Shown one piece after another: positions 30,688 to 45,381 of a DNA stretch of 64,000 nt. Made by a program: the position numbers and the translations under genes. Location: the NCBI RefSeq assembly GCF_009914755.1, contig NC_060930.1; one strand, 5' to 3'. The stretch is from the human T2T-CHM13v2.0 reference genome, Homo sapiens. The notes under the pieces were generated by a model. The model saw nothing but the letters and a program-made list of their open reading frames with translations. It was not told where the DNA came from and did no database searches. Numbering within the stretch: position 1 is the first letter of the stretch; each line of letters begins with the position of its first letter.

Positions 30688-32723
30688 GTAATGTGATTTC
30701 ATACTAGTACTGAATATTCATACTAACAATATTTCTGGATTCATGAACCTTTAGCATTCTTTGAACTCTTATAGATTAGTGTATTTACTTGTATTTGCTA
30801 GTTTGTATGTAGCTCATTGTTGCAGTAATCCCCTTCAATCCTACTGGAAGAACCATCCCTTAGATGTCTGCACATGTATTATACCCTGCCTCCTATGTGA
30901 AGTCTTCATTTATAGAAAGAGAAAGTATATTTGGGTGATCTTGTCTTCTTTTGTCTCAATGCCTTCTTCTTTGATTGTTTTTGTCCTGGTACCTTCTATA
31001 GTTAGCTCTTAAATAATTATCAATAAATTTAATTGATCATTTCAAATTAATACATTTGAAATTTTTTTTCTTTAACACTTTTTGTATATGCATGCATCTG
31101 GCATGTTATAATCCTCAAATTCATCGTCTTTAAAATGATTAGTTTCAGCCAGCCTGAATGTGTAGTTTTTACTTGGACTGTAAAATGAATTTGAGAACCA
31201 ATAAATCTGAACATTTAATTATTCCTTCAGTACAGCAACGTGATATATTAAAGATGTTCAGCTTTAGGAGCACATATTGACACTAAATGTGGACTTCAGA
31301 GACATTACTTTCTTTAATGCTGAAAATCATAATTAAGGGGTGTATATGCACAGAAATCTTTGCACATTCACTATATCTCTGGAATATTCTAGGAAAGTAA
31401 CATTTAGAGCTTATCACACTCTAATGGGCTTATCTAAAATTGAACTTAAGTGGCTACTAGAGGAAGTCAGATACTATGGGACTCTGTGCATACCTGTGGC
31501 TTGCTGTTCTTCGAACAGACATATTCCTAGGGTAGAAGCAGAGAGCCATTTAGTCCCATATGTGATGATCAGAACTTACCTCTTCCCATTTTCCTTATGT
31601 AAACATGTGGCTACTTCCCGAATTGAGATCATTTAGTCTAAAAAATGTGAACGTTGTTTAGTGCATTATTTGTGGAAAAAGAAAAAAATATATTCTCTTT
31701 GGGCTGTCTAAAAAAAAAAAAATCCAGAAAACTCTGACACTTAGGGAAAAAAAGATCAGAACCAGAATGAGAAAGACCTTTTGTTATTGACTAGAGGTAT
31801 TGTTTTCCTTCCTAAGTTTCATGGAACACACTGAAGAGTATTTGAAACTGCCTCATGTGGTTTGTCCCCTCCAGTCTGACATGGCACCATTCCATAATAT
31901 AATAATGACCTGAGCAAGGCGATTATAAGCTGACCCATAAGGGACCAACGTAAGCTGATCTCTCTGCTCTGCAGATGACACAAATAGAAAGCTTTGAACA
32001 AGAGTAGAAAGACACACTGTCACTTGTCTTTTCCCCTGAAAAAGCCGGGCCACATTCTGCTCAGCCAACATGTTCCCAGAGGAATGTGATTTAACTTCCG
32101 CTTTTCACACAGTCAGAAGCAACACCATAGACCTGTAGGGAAGGTGATGGCCGCCTGGGAGGAATTTGGATAAGTATTTGTCACTCCAGTATTTTCATGT
32201 GACCTGACTCTCATTCTCAATTTAGTTACATCTTGACCTGAAAATGCAGCCACAATATGTCTCTCTTCATTTGGCATACCTTAATTCATAATGGGCATGC
32301 CTGTCCTTTCCCTTCTCCCACCCTATGCAGCCTCTTCCTGATTTCCCTTGCAATCTACTAATAGAGCCTTTCTTTAGATGTCTGTACATGTGTTTACACT
32401 CTGTTTCCCTCTGTAGGGACTTTACTCGCAGAAAGAGAAAATATATTTGAGTCCCTGAGATATATATACAAAGATATCTACCCCAAAGCAGCCTAGGCAG
32501 TTCTCCACTTCTTTGGCCAGATTGTCTGACTATTCACGTATCTGGCAGCTTCTATACGACCCCTCATATAGTAAAGGAATTAATATTCCCCACTTCCTCC
32601 TAGTTTGTCTCCCCTCCTCCCTCTATCAAACGACTGATTTTTATACATGAGATAATAGACAAGCCTTGGGTGACCTGTTTTTTTTTTTTCTTCCCTCCCC
32701 CTCTTTTTCCCTTGCGGTAAAAT

Positions 32724-32870
32724 AGTGCTGAAGAAAGAGGGCACTAGTGTACAGCCCAGATCGCATCCTTGCACCGTCTGGATTAGAGCTGAGGCGTCTG
32801 CAAGCCGAGCGTGGCCACGGTCCTCTGGCCCCGGGACCATAGCGCTGTCTACCCCGACTCAGGTACTCAG
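32724..32870 (+). other. GRM1: Non-coding first exon of GRM1 (TSS approximate)
   Basis: ATG-free, CpG-containing segment ending at consensus donor CTCAG|GTATGT (32870/32871); matches my recollection of the GRM1 mRNA leader (...CCGACTCAGGTACTCAG joined to CAGCATCTAGCTCACC). Confidence 0.75.
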
Positions 32871-33308
32871 GTATGTCTCAAGTCCATGTCCTCCAAACAG
32901 ACTCAGGTGAGCGGACACTTCCTCCGGTGAAACCCACCCACAACGGCAGACAAAGTCCCAGTCTATCAGATTTTCCTCCGGGTCCCAGGCGCATTCTCGC
33001 TTATGTATTTCTTTTCGTCCTGTATCCTCAGGAAGAGTCGGGACCAATGGGTGCCTGGGTTTTCTTTCTCCTTTTTCTGCCTCACCTCCTGTGCTCTCCT
33101 CGCCCGCTCCCATAGCCCCCTTTTCGTCGACTCTCACCTTGAGAAAAGGAGCAGGGGAGGAACGGGAGAGGGAGCCAACTTCAGCCCCGCAGGCGGCTGA
33201 GATTTGGCGCCTCTGTCCCCAAGCGGGTGGGTTTGGATATATACCTGCACAAGCGGTGCAAGGTGATGAGAATGAGGGCGGAGGGGCGGTGGGGACTCGA
33301 GTGGAAGG

Positions 33309-33310
<2 letters not shown>

Positions 33311-33349
<39 letters not shown>

Positions 33350-33352
33350 TGT
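33311..33352. repeat. (GT)n microsatellite in the promoter region
   Basis: (GT)16 AT (GT)4 read directly. Confidence 0.95.
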
Positions 33353-33466
33353 ATGGGTAAAGAACTCAGAGGAGGGAGGTTGAAAGAGCAAAGCGGGTCA
33401 GGGAATTGCAACTCACTGGTCAAAGCGTCCCTTGCAGGCCCTGCCAGGGAATGTCTGGCTGGACCG

Positions 33467-33487
33467 AGCACTGTCCAGGGTCCTGAA
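33467..33487 (-). promoter_or_regulatory. RE1/NRSE (REST/NRSF binding site)
   Basis: Minus strand TTCAGGACCCTGGACAGTGCT vs consensus TTCAGCACCACGGACAGCGCC: 16/21, with both half-sites and the canonical 2-bp spacer, in a neuronal gene promoter. Confidence 0.85.
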
Positions 33488-33717
33488 GGCGGCAGGGCTC
33501 AGGCTGCCGCGGCGAGAGCAACCCGGAAGCTCCCCTCCGTTCCCTTTCTAGCAACTATGCAAACCCCAAAGCAAGCGCAGGACCCCCTCTAACCCGTCCA
33601 CCCACCGCGGGAAACAAGTTACCTTATCTGCACCCCTTCTTCTTGAACATACACAGCAAGCCTGACTTCTTACGGGGGAAACATACCAAACTCCTCCATA
33701 CGGAGACTTTACCAGGC

Positions 33718-33731
33718 GTTGCCTTAGTAAC
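33718..33731. promoter_or_regulatory. RFX X-box
   Basis: GTTGCCTTAGTAAC fits GTNRCC-N(0-3)-RGYAAC; extra half-site CTAGCAAC at 33548-33555. Confidence 0.7.
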
Positions 33732-34268
33732 TAATGTGGATTTTCTTCAAGCTGGCAAATTTATATTTACAGCTGATTTTATGTCAGGGCTTCTTCAACC
33801 CCTCAAAATTAAAGTAAAAGGTGCATCCTTTGTTTACGTTTATTTTAAAGTCGCGCTTCCACCTTTACAATGAGTTTCCAAATTTTCTTCTGAAAAAAAG
33901 TTGATCTTTTCCAATCCGGAAAGTTCTCTTGGGTTGAAGGACCTAGCTCCTCCCCTCCTCTCTGCTCACCTTCCCCACCGCCCTCCAAGTTAGAAAGCAT
34001 GATAGGTTTTAGGGGACCAGGAAACGACTTAAGGTTGGAGGAGCGGGCGAGTTGGCGGGGCTCTGCGCCGCCTGGACCCGTGAGGACAGAGGGGGCAGGA
34101 CACCCCGCCTTCCTCAGTGACCACAGCTGCGCTCCAAGCTGTTCCTGCAGCCGATATCAGGATGTGCCGAAATGAAACGGACAAGGCAACTGTTAACATT
34201 ACAGACCCCAGAGTTTTAACACAGGTCCTCTGATGACAAGGTTGTGATTTTTCTCTGTCTTTTGTCAG

Positions 34269-35383
<1,115 letters not shown>

Positions 35384-38300
35384 TAGCACTGTGGGGAACG
35401 GAGTTTACCCTTCTCAGTACTGCCCACCCAGGCATTGCCTTTTATCCTCATTTCCTTACAATTATAGTGTAGGAAAATTGTACCCCATAGAATATCTGAG
35501 GATAATAGGAGCTGAAAGGGTATCAAACTTTCCATGCAAAGTGTCCAGCAGTAGATTTGACTTGAATACTTGTTTGCCCTCATATTTTGAGTTTGCGTTT
35601 GGAAGGCTTATTTGTCCAAGGTGTTATATTGCCCTTCAGTGACTGGCTATGACTTTCCAGGTGTAATGAGTTAATTCAGTGTGAGTGATTGGCAAAAAGA
35701 AGTTACTATTCCACAAATAGGACTTCAAAGCTTTATCTTTCTTTAACAGTTGAAGATTTTCTTTGTCCTCTTGTACCCCTTCTTACATATCCAAAACTTT
35801 CCTGTGAATGTAGGATTAATGCAGTCATCTCCCTCAGTATATCAGAAACTTATATTTTTACTTCTGGAGTACCTTAGTTACAAAGAAAAAGTAAGTAATT
35901 TAAATAATGTATTTTCTTCTTACTTTATAGGCTAAAATCATCCAGATTCCCTCACTCCCCCAAGAATTATCTTGTTTTATGAGAAATAACACTGGTGACC
36001 ACTTGGATTTGAGTTTTGGTTTCTAGTCTTTTTTCTTCTAACACAATGAACTTACATATTAGAATTAAAGTTAGATCAGTTATAAAATACTAATGAATGG
36101 ATAGCAGATATTAGGTTTATAATGTCTTTCTAAAATGCAATAGATTAACCTAAGGTTAAAAGCTTTGATTTTTCCAGAGACTTATGGATGTGAATTTTCA
36201 AAAATTTTTTATATAAAGATTTTCTAGACTCTCTTCACCTTAGGTTATATACATTTTTTAATAAAAGGGGATTTCTGAGCTCAGCTACTCTTAAGTCCCC
36301 CAGTAGGTTTATGAAAAAGCTGAAGCCCTGGTTATAAATTAACATCTAGGACAATTCACATGTATAAGCTGGCAGAAGAAGACAATCTTGCTGGTATTTC
36401 TGTATTCATATTTCTTCAACTCAAATGACTTTCAAGAAGCCATAGGCATGGCTCCATGTTTTTTTAATATTTCCATAATATTCAGTTACTGGCGTGAGGT
36501 CTGATTATAGAAATTGACAGCATCCATAGTGAAGTGATTATATGGTTATCATTATTGAAAACATATACTTTATAAAGGGAACAGAATTTTCAGAACAAAC
36601 ATAAATGATATAGGATTACACATTATAGTTTCAGATTTTGCTTTTGGAAAAAACTATCTGCTGTGATATTATAACTTTATAATAACTGACTTATGCTTCT
36701 GAAGCTTGATTTTTAATCATGAACTGCGTATCTCTTTTTGAACAAAAATTCATTACTTTTTTAAGACTCAAAGTATTAATTCCTTATATTTTAATATTTA
36801 ACTTTACTACATGTTAATGTTTAGCATAGTTTCTTTAGTGCTTGCTTAAATGAAACATCCTGAAAGAGCAAGTTAAAATGTGTTAAATATCATCATTGGA
36901 TAGATCCAAAGATGATGGCAAAGAGAATGGCAAAATCTAGATTGAATGTGATTTATTTAAATATTTAATAATATTTCCCCCATTGAGCTAGATAATTGAT
37001 TATTAATATTGGAAGTATAAATTCTTTCTTCAGGAAGAAGTAATGCTTCATTATTTTTAAACAGTGGTTTTATTTTCCATATTTCATTATAAGATTGTTT
37101 TATTTGGTGAGAGGTGGCTAATAGTGGGTTGCTTTCTGAGGAGTAGAATTATGTTTTTGGAAAATGAATTGAACATGTTTTCACTAATTTTGCTGCGAAA
37201 GGACTAATATTATAATTTTGCCCATGTGTTAGTTTGGATTACTATGTTTCCTTTCTGCCTTCTGATTGGTGTTGTATGGCAAAGACAATGTCTCCGTACT
37301 ATTATAGTAATTGATTCCAGACTACATTGTGTTCACAGAACAGCATCATAGCAATATGTGGGGTTTATTTTATTACCAAGCAGTTACACCATTCACCTTG
37401 CCATTCATATATAATACCTTGTTTCTTCTCAAAGGGAATTAGTTACTTCTCTTATTAAACGTAACATCTGTAAAAACTAAATTGCATTTCTTTCCTTCTA
37501 TCTGGAAAGGAATTTTGTGTAAGGTCCCACTGAAGATTCATTTTTCCTGAGGTTTTGCCCTCCTGCTTTTCAGGGCCCCATAGTGTACTGGCCTACAGGC
37601 ACTTCCTTGGATCATTTAGTAATTTTACTGCTTTCAGACTGATGGGGTCGCTTATTGGTGACAGTTCCCTGTCAAATAGCAGAGAAGACCACATATCAGG
37701 GTTGTCTCTGTCGTCTGAGCACTATTCAGCAAGGAAGCCAGTTTGTCTGGATATTGGCAACTTAGGGCTTAGAAATTCTGGGGCCTCTCGTGACCTTCAT
37801 CTCTCCTTTCCAAATCAGCCATTCCCTAGTCAATTCATTATCATCGTTTCTTGTATTAGAAGTTAACCAAGAATAGTTAATACCAAAAGCACTAAGTGAC
37901 TGGACTAGTGTACCTTCATTTCTGTAGTTAATTGTGAGATTATCTTGAAATCATATTGTTTTTGAATGGTACAGTTGTTTTTATATTACTTTTTTTTATA
38001 TTGAAGCTAAACTTGCAGATATTTTCTGTTTTGTTTTGTGTTTTAACCAGTTACAATTTAGTTTTTATATTCTCTTACATTCTTTTCAATCTTATATCAT
38101 ATTATTTGTACCACACTTGATACATGACAATTATCAATTTACATAAAATGAAAGAAAATCAGTACACATAAAGTTACCTGCAATGCAATAGACTCTCCAG
38201 AAATTGTTCATGATTAGCTCTGGAGGCAAATGTTAAGATGAGCCTGTCAAGGGGGAGGCAGGATATTGGAGTAATGGAGCCTTATCCACAAATAAAGTTT

Positions 38301-41300
38301 GAATGCACTTTGGAGCAAGCTGCCTACCTGGAATGTGAGTCTTTAAATATGCTAAGTATATAGTAGAGAAATAGCCTACCACTGATAAGAATATCTCAGC
38401 CAAGGACACTATATTTTGTTCTTCTGATAAAATACAGATTCCCCGTCAAAAAAACAAATTTATTATTTCAAATGATTTTTGAAAACAGTACTTAAAAATA
38501 ACTGTAGTTAATAAAATTCAAAGCATTGAACAAGTCCAATAAAAATGTTCTTTGAGTATGTAGCTACAAGAATTTTTTTTGAGTGGATAAATTTTCATTC
38601 ATTACTTTTATGTATTTATTTATTTATCTTAAGCCTTTCTTCTAGTATTTTGTCTCAGTTACTTAGATAAGTATTGATATAATAATGAATTTAGTGATGC
38701 TGCTTCCCTTATTAAAATATCCACTTTAAGGTAAACTTTTCTTTCCAGTTAGATTTTGATCTTGGTGTGACATTTTTTTGACATTTGCTTACATTTTATA
38801 TAAAATTGGCCTTTTTGAGCTTCTTTCCAAAATCTGATTTTTTCCTTTTTAAGTACTTTTTTATTTGATATAAAACAATTAAAAAGTCTAATGACATCAG
38901 AAAAAAGTCCTCCTAAGTCATAAATACATACTTTGATTAATGCAATTACCTGTAATAATTTTATATCTACTAAATATCATATTTCCTATCTATGTACCAG
39001 TAACTTTCTATATATCTTTCTTGTCTTGATTGCAACCTACTTCAAAGGAAATTATCTTAATACATTGCTCATTTTATCATATAGTAAGAAATAGGAGTGT
39101 TTTGAAAGGTTATTCAGGCCAACTAATAAAAGATGCTTAGAACATCACATTACGTGCTTGCCCACGCTCAAAGCTTTCTAATTGTGATTAGGGTTTCTAA
39201 TTAGAGTAGGAGTATATCGGAGTTAAATTGAGAGCAGAATTTCACCTGACTTTTAGTCAGTTCTTCTATGTAATGACCTAAAACAGATTTCTTGAAGTTT
39301 CCACCAATCCTTCATTGAAGACTAGGAGTCATCCAAAACATTCAAGCTTCTTTTCCATGTGACATTTATCATCAATGAATAATCTCTCTTTTGTAGTGTA
39401 GCTCTCCAGTTCCTTCACTCATGCATTTCATTTTTTACTTCCCTTACCATCATAGCTGACTAGAGTAGATCTTACATCAATTAACATCCCAAGGTCTTTT
39501 CAGAAGTGCTGCTATTAAGCCATATCTCCTTCCTTTTATGCTCGAACAGTTATTAATTTTGTTACTGTTACCATTAGATTCAAGAGGAGGACTTGAATTT
39601 TTTCCCTTTAAATGTAAAATTATTAGCTTCAATCTGCCTTTCTAACATCAGTAAGTTCTGGGATTTTGATTGTTTAATTTATCTTAGTATTCCAGCTTTG
39701 TGTCTCCAGGATTTAACCATATACGTTAAAACCTGAATAAGATAAGGGTCGAAAGTAAAGTCTCAAACCCTTTCACGAGCAAACTACCTGGCTAATTCTG
39801 GTGTTCACTCAGCCTATTATGAATTTCTTCTATACAGTGCTTTTCCTCCTCTTACTATACTACCTTGCAAATGTATAAATGGCTATATGTAGTTTAAATG
39901 AAAAGTCATCACAACAGATGACTTTAAGTAAAGATTTACTGCATAAAAACTTTAAATAACAATTTTGAAGACTTAATTTCGGTTACTAAGTAGTTTTTAC
40001 TTTAAGGGGAGTGCAGTTTAAATACATGTAAAGTAAGTAAAAGTAATCACAGTATAGACATTTATAAACATGAGTTTATTCAATTGTAGGGAACTGAAAG
40101 AATGTATTAGTGGTGCAATTATCTAGAGAAAACCTGGAGAAAAGGGAATTTTGGTTAGAGTTTTGTTTGGAAACATAGCATTTGTAAAAGAGACAGTATT
40201 GAAAGTACTGTAATGGTGTGAAAAAAACAGATTTGCTTATCTGGAGGAAAGAGTCTGGGGTAAGAACTAATAATAAAAACAGAAGTAAGTCCTAATATTC
40301 TGTGATTACATCAGTCTTTATAGACATGAAGGACAAGTAATGGAGAATCTTGAAGCATGTGACAAAGAGTTTTGGTTTCAAGAAAGATACATCCAAGCAC
40401 AGTTAGACATGTGAACTTTGGCCAAGAGAACATATATTATTGGCAAAAGTTGGTGAGTGGACGAAAGAAAAGCCAGATATTGTTACGAGATACTTTATTT
40501 GTAATTTTTTAACAAGTGTTCATATCCAAGTAAAACCTTGTTTATCCATAACCTTGATTCTCTAGCTGTCTACTTTATACTTGAGAGTTGGTCTCTTTAA
40601 ACACCAACATTTACATTTAAAACATTTTATGAGGTGATCTTTGCAAACACTACTGTAAGGTCCCCTAACTTCTTTTAAAGACAGTGCTCAATTTAATGGA
40701 CATTTTCCTTGAATATACCAAGTTATCGTGAACATAAATTTTTACCTTGCGCTGGAATATGGTGGTAATCTTGGAGCCTGTTAAAAAAATATAAGGCCAT
40801 TTATTATTACTCAAAATGGCCACAAATTGCCATACTTAAAAATTTTTATCTTTATTTTTTCTTTTATATCTTGGCTGGATTTATTAAACTCATTTTTAAA
40901 GTCATTAATCAGTATTTAGCAAACAGCTATTATGTGCATAGAATTAGAGTGAAATCCAAAGACGAAAAAAATGACACTTTCATTATTTTGAGTAAACTTG
41001 AACTCTTTGTGATTCCTTTGCCACACAATCACCCTGTGACTACGTTTATCTTGCTGCAAATTTTATAAGAAGCTGTCCTTCATAGGGTAGGTGGTGATGG
41101 CAGCTTCCATTTTATGTTTCTACCGTGTGGCTTGGCAGTAGCCATCCTTCTACAAGTATTAAAATTTTTGCCCTTATGATATAGGGAGCTAATATACAAT
41201 AACTGCTTTGTGGATTTTCAGTAACTGGGCAGTGACTGGAGTGATGGGTTCACAAAGAGACTTATCAAAAGTCGTGTTTTCGGCATACACTTTTTTAAGA

Positions 41301-44249
41301 ACACAGAGGGCTGGGGAACCACATCCAGAAAAGAATAGTTTGGTGAACACCTACAACCACTAAAAAAACTCATGGCACATGCTGTTCTGATATATGTTGG
41401 AAACAGCATGTCAGTAGGAGAAAGTTGTCAATTTTCAGAGAAGCTGTAGTTGAAAACCAGAGTCAAGACAAGGCATAAAGCCTTGTCAAAATGTCACTGT
41501 CTTATGTAACAGAGAGTTATCATTAGATTCTAAAATTATATAGAAATATTTGCTACTTTTTCCTGTTTAATTGTTCTCTATGAATGTCTACAGCATTTAA
41601 AATCTTAACTTACATGAGAAATTATAATTTTAATTACCTTCTGTATTCCAGAAAGCTTTACTCTCTTAAACTTAAGGCATTGTAGTACCAAATAGAACAT
41701 TAATGTTTTTATGAAGAGAATTGCTTCTCAGAAATCTCCAATTATCAATTTTAGGATTATCTATTTTATTTATTTCATAGCCAACAAATTAAATATTCAA
41801 GGCAATTATCTAAATATCCAGGTAAAAGCCTTAATTTGTAGTAGAAGCACAGGATTTTGATAGGCAGAAATTCTTTGATTACCTAGTAACTAATTTGCCT
41901 TCTAATAAAGACATTTATAAATAAACACGTGACTATTATGCATCACATATTTTTCTTGGTGCTAGTAACACATAAAGTAATAAAAATCAATAATAATAAC
42001 TATTATTACTACTAATATTTGTTGGAAGAGACATGTAAATATATAGACAGTTATAGGCTCATGGGTTAAAAAGAAAATGTTTAATTACTGTTTTGAAAAA
42101 TGCACAAAACATATGGGAAATACTGTATGCATGCACATCTCAGTTTCATTTGTAAAATGGGAATTATAATCACTACCATGTTATATTCCTCACAGCAGCT
42201 TTTCAAAGAACAAGAAGATGGTACCCATAAATACATTTCAGTTGTTTTTCTTAAACTGCCACCAAAGCGATGACTTCTTCTCAGCTGATGAATATTAAGC
42301 AAGTCCAAGAAGCCAGTTAATTGGATACAGATTTTCGACCCTAAACCTAGTAATATAAGATTAAAATGAAATTCATGATTAAGATAAAGGTGTAGCATCT
42401 ACTATAGACTTTAGGAAACTTTCTTGTTACAAATGAGAAAACAAAAGCCCAGAAAAATAAAACAAAATGACTTGCTCAAGATCATAAAATTCATCAGCAG
42501 CAAAGCTAGGACTAATTTAGCTTTGTTTTAGATACTTTCTCAAGCCAAAGTTTTCTTTCTTTCTTTCTTTCCTTTTTAACCCTCATGCACGCCTCTCATG
42601 TGAGGTCCATACTATTTAGCTCAACTGTGTCTTTCCAACTTTGCTGCTGTCATTTAGCAGCTTCTAGGAGATTCCTCTTCTGAAAACTCACTCTGCTGTT
42701 AGTCTTCCTCTTAATGTCAGCTCTTACCTTAGTTTTGGATGACTCCAACATTCATGTGTTTGTCCCACCAATACCTATCCTCATAGCTCATTGATCTCAG
42801 CTCTGTGTTCCTTGCCTTCTCTTTAGCAACCCACTTACCCTGACCACAATCTGGTACCCTGGCCTTGCCAATAACTATTTTATTTATAAATTTTTAAACA
42901 TGAGAAAGTCACTGAAAAATAGAAGCCTCTCCTTTTCTTCAACTTCTTTTGCTCCCACCTCACCTGCTCTCCACATTTCTCTGGAAGGTCTGAATAAAGC
43001 CATTTTCTCAGCTGATCTGGTTTCCCTTCTGCATCTGAGCAACTCTACCTCCATATTTGTGCTTGTTATCATCTTGTAATAAAAGTCCTTTCGCAGAGAA
43101 AATAAACTTTCAATGTAGAGTGACTACTCCACATGAAGCTCTATTTCAGGAGATTATGAATTAACCATTTTTTTTTCTCCAGCTCCTTCAGGGCAGAAAT
43201 GTAAAATAAGACCAGAATTAAACACCTTGTTAAAATGAAAGAAGAAAGGATGCCTTCTCTATGAGGGTTGTGGTTAACAGTGGGAGATGACACATGGTCA
43301 GACATCTCTGTGACACCATCTCTACCACAAGTAACTAGAAGTGGTATGGAGTGGATAAGGATGAGAAAATTAGAGAAGGGTGGCTAGAGTTGAAATCCAG
43401 AGATCTGGAATAGGATTGACTCAAGGGATTAATAGAATTAGGCATGCTTAGAGAGCTATCAGGGTGAAGTATACAGAAAACAGTCCCCTAAGTTTATTAT
43501 ACAGATAAGATGCAACAGTGCTCCATATAGGGCTAGGTAGATGTAATAGATGTAAGATGTCATTATTGTTGTCATGCTATTCTAACCTTAATTAGGAAGA
43601 TGCCCTTAGCTTAGATGAGCCTGTGTGAAGTAAATACAGGGAAGTTCTGTGGTGGAGATGTGAAAATAAAGAGGGAAAATGCTGATTTACTAACACTGAG
43701 TGGCGCATATTCAACTTCTCATTCTCTCCCTTTATAAAAATTGCACTCACAGCATGTGGCCCTCAATGCAAATCTTTTGATTGGACAGCATATTCCACAG
43801 CTATTGTTAAACAATCAGAGACAGTTTCCTCTGTTCTCTGTGGTGCTATAACACATTTTATAATTTGTTTGTTATAAAAGGTAGAACAAAAAAATCAATA
43901 AACAAATTGCTGATAGTATGTTCAAGAGAAAAAAACTTTATGAAAGATTTTAAAAGGTTATATCAGGATATTGAAATAGTGGAAACAGCTTATAATAAAG
44001 AAATTCAATATCCTTTTTTTTCGATAAATAAATACATTATTTGTTATTTTCAGGTTTTGGTTAACAGGTACTACTCTACTGGCAGAGAAGAAGTCATGTC
44101 CAGATTCCTATCTCAATTTTTATGTTTTGTAGCACATTCTTTGGTTTGACCAATGCTATAGTCATTGAGGAGTAGAGATAGTGGAATTATAGTCTTCCTT
44201 TTAAGAAGTTCACCACATGGTGATTACTATTCAGTTTTGCTAAGTGCAA

Positions 44250-45330
44250 CCATAGGAGTAGGCATGAGGTAGAGAGACAACAGAGAGAACTGTGATTAGC
44301 TCCCTCTGGTCCAGGGAAGCAGTGAGGGAAAGCTCATAGAAGGTCCCCAGAAAAGGTGACATCTGAAGTTCACTATATCCGAGGAAACAAAGGAGTAAAT
44401 TCAGTAAAAGCACTGACATAGAAAGCAAAATATGCTCAGGGACCTCTAAGAATATCATTAACTCTAAAGTATATGTCCTGGGAAAATGAGTGGGGAAGAC
44501 CAAACTGAAAAGAGAGAAAAAGCCTAGGTCATGATGGGACATACTTATCAAGCCAAGAAAATTAGACTCTTGGAAACATGGTGAGCCAGTGAAGAATTTT
44601 ATGCAGGAAGAAATCAAGATCAGATTATATTTTGGAAAGGGCATCTGGAAAGCTTTGGAGAAGACAGATTAAGAAAAGGAGTCAAATTGGAAATTAGGAG
44701 ACAAATCTGAAGGCCATTGATGGTTGAGGGAAGTGGAGAAGGAAAGGCCAGTTCAATTAATTAATTTTGTCAAGAGATGATTAGAGTTTTACTAAAGAAA
44801 GTGTCAATGGAAAAGGAGAGAGGAGAATGAATTTGACTTTCTATGTAGCAGGGAGGTTAGTGTTTAGTGAATGATTGGTTATGAGAATCAAGGAAAAAGA
44901 GAAGTCTAGAATAAGCCGCAGGTCTATTTTGTAGGAATAAATAGGGAATAAAGAGAAATCGCAGACTGGGAAAAAATTAGTTTAGGCTGTTTGAGTTTGT
45001 GGTATCCATTGGACAATAAAGTCAAGGGATCCCATAGGCCACCGATCTGGAAAGAGAGTTATATTTGAAATTTGTCAGAAAATATCTGGTTAAAACCATG
45101 AAAATTGATGGGATTGCCAAGGGGGTAAGATATAAAACACAAAAAGATGGTCAAGGGCAGTACTTTAAGGCATGTGAAATGAGAAAGAGTCTACAGAAAA
45201 GGGAAAAAGGACAGTTTAAAAAGTAGAAAAAGAAACAGGAAGAACCTCATGTTATGAAAGCCAATGGAGGAGACAGTTTTGATAATAGAACAGTGACAAA
45301 GAAAGCTGATGGGTAAAAGAGGAAGAACTA
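44250..45330 (-). mobile_element. L2 remnant
   Basis: Purine-rich L2-like blocks (GGTGACATCTGAAG, GAGCCAGTGAAGAATTTTATGCAGG, ATCAGATTATATTTTGGAAAG). Confidence 0.65.
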
Positions 45331-45381
45331 TAGAAACAGTGTTCTGTACTAGTAGCGATACATGAGACTGTGTAATTTATA

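Noticed and set aside
32580-33873. Cluster of 60-120 aa ORFs on both strands in the promoter
   Set aside because: Explained by GC content and the GT repeat (VCVC/HTHT peptides).
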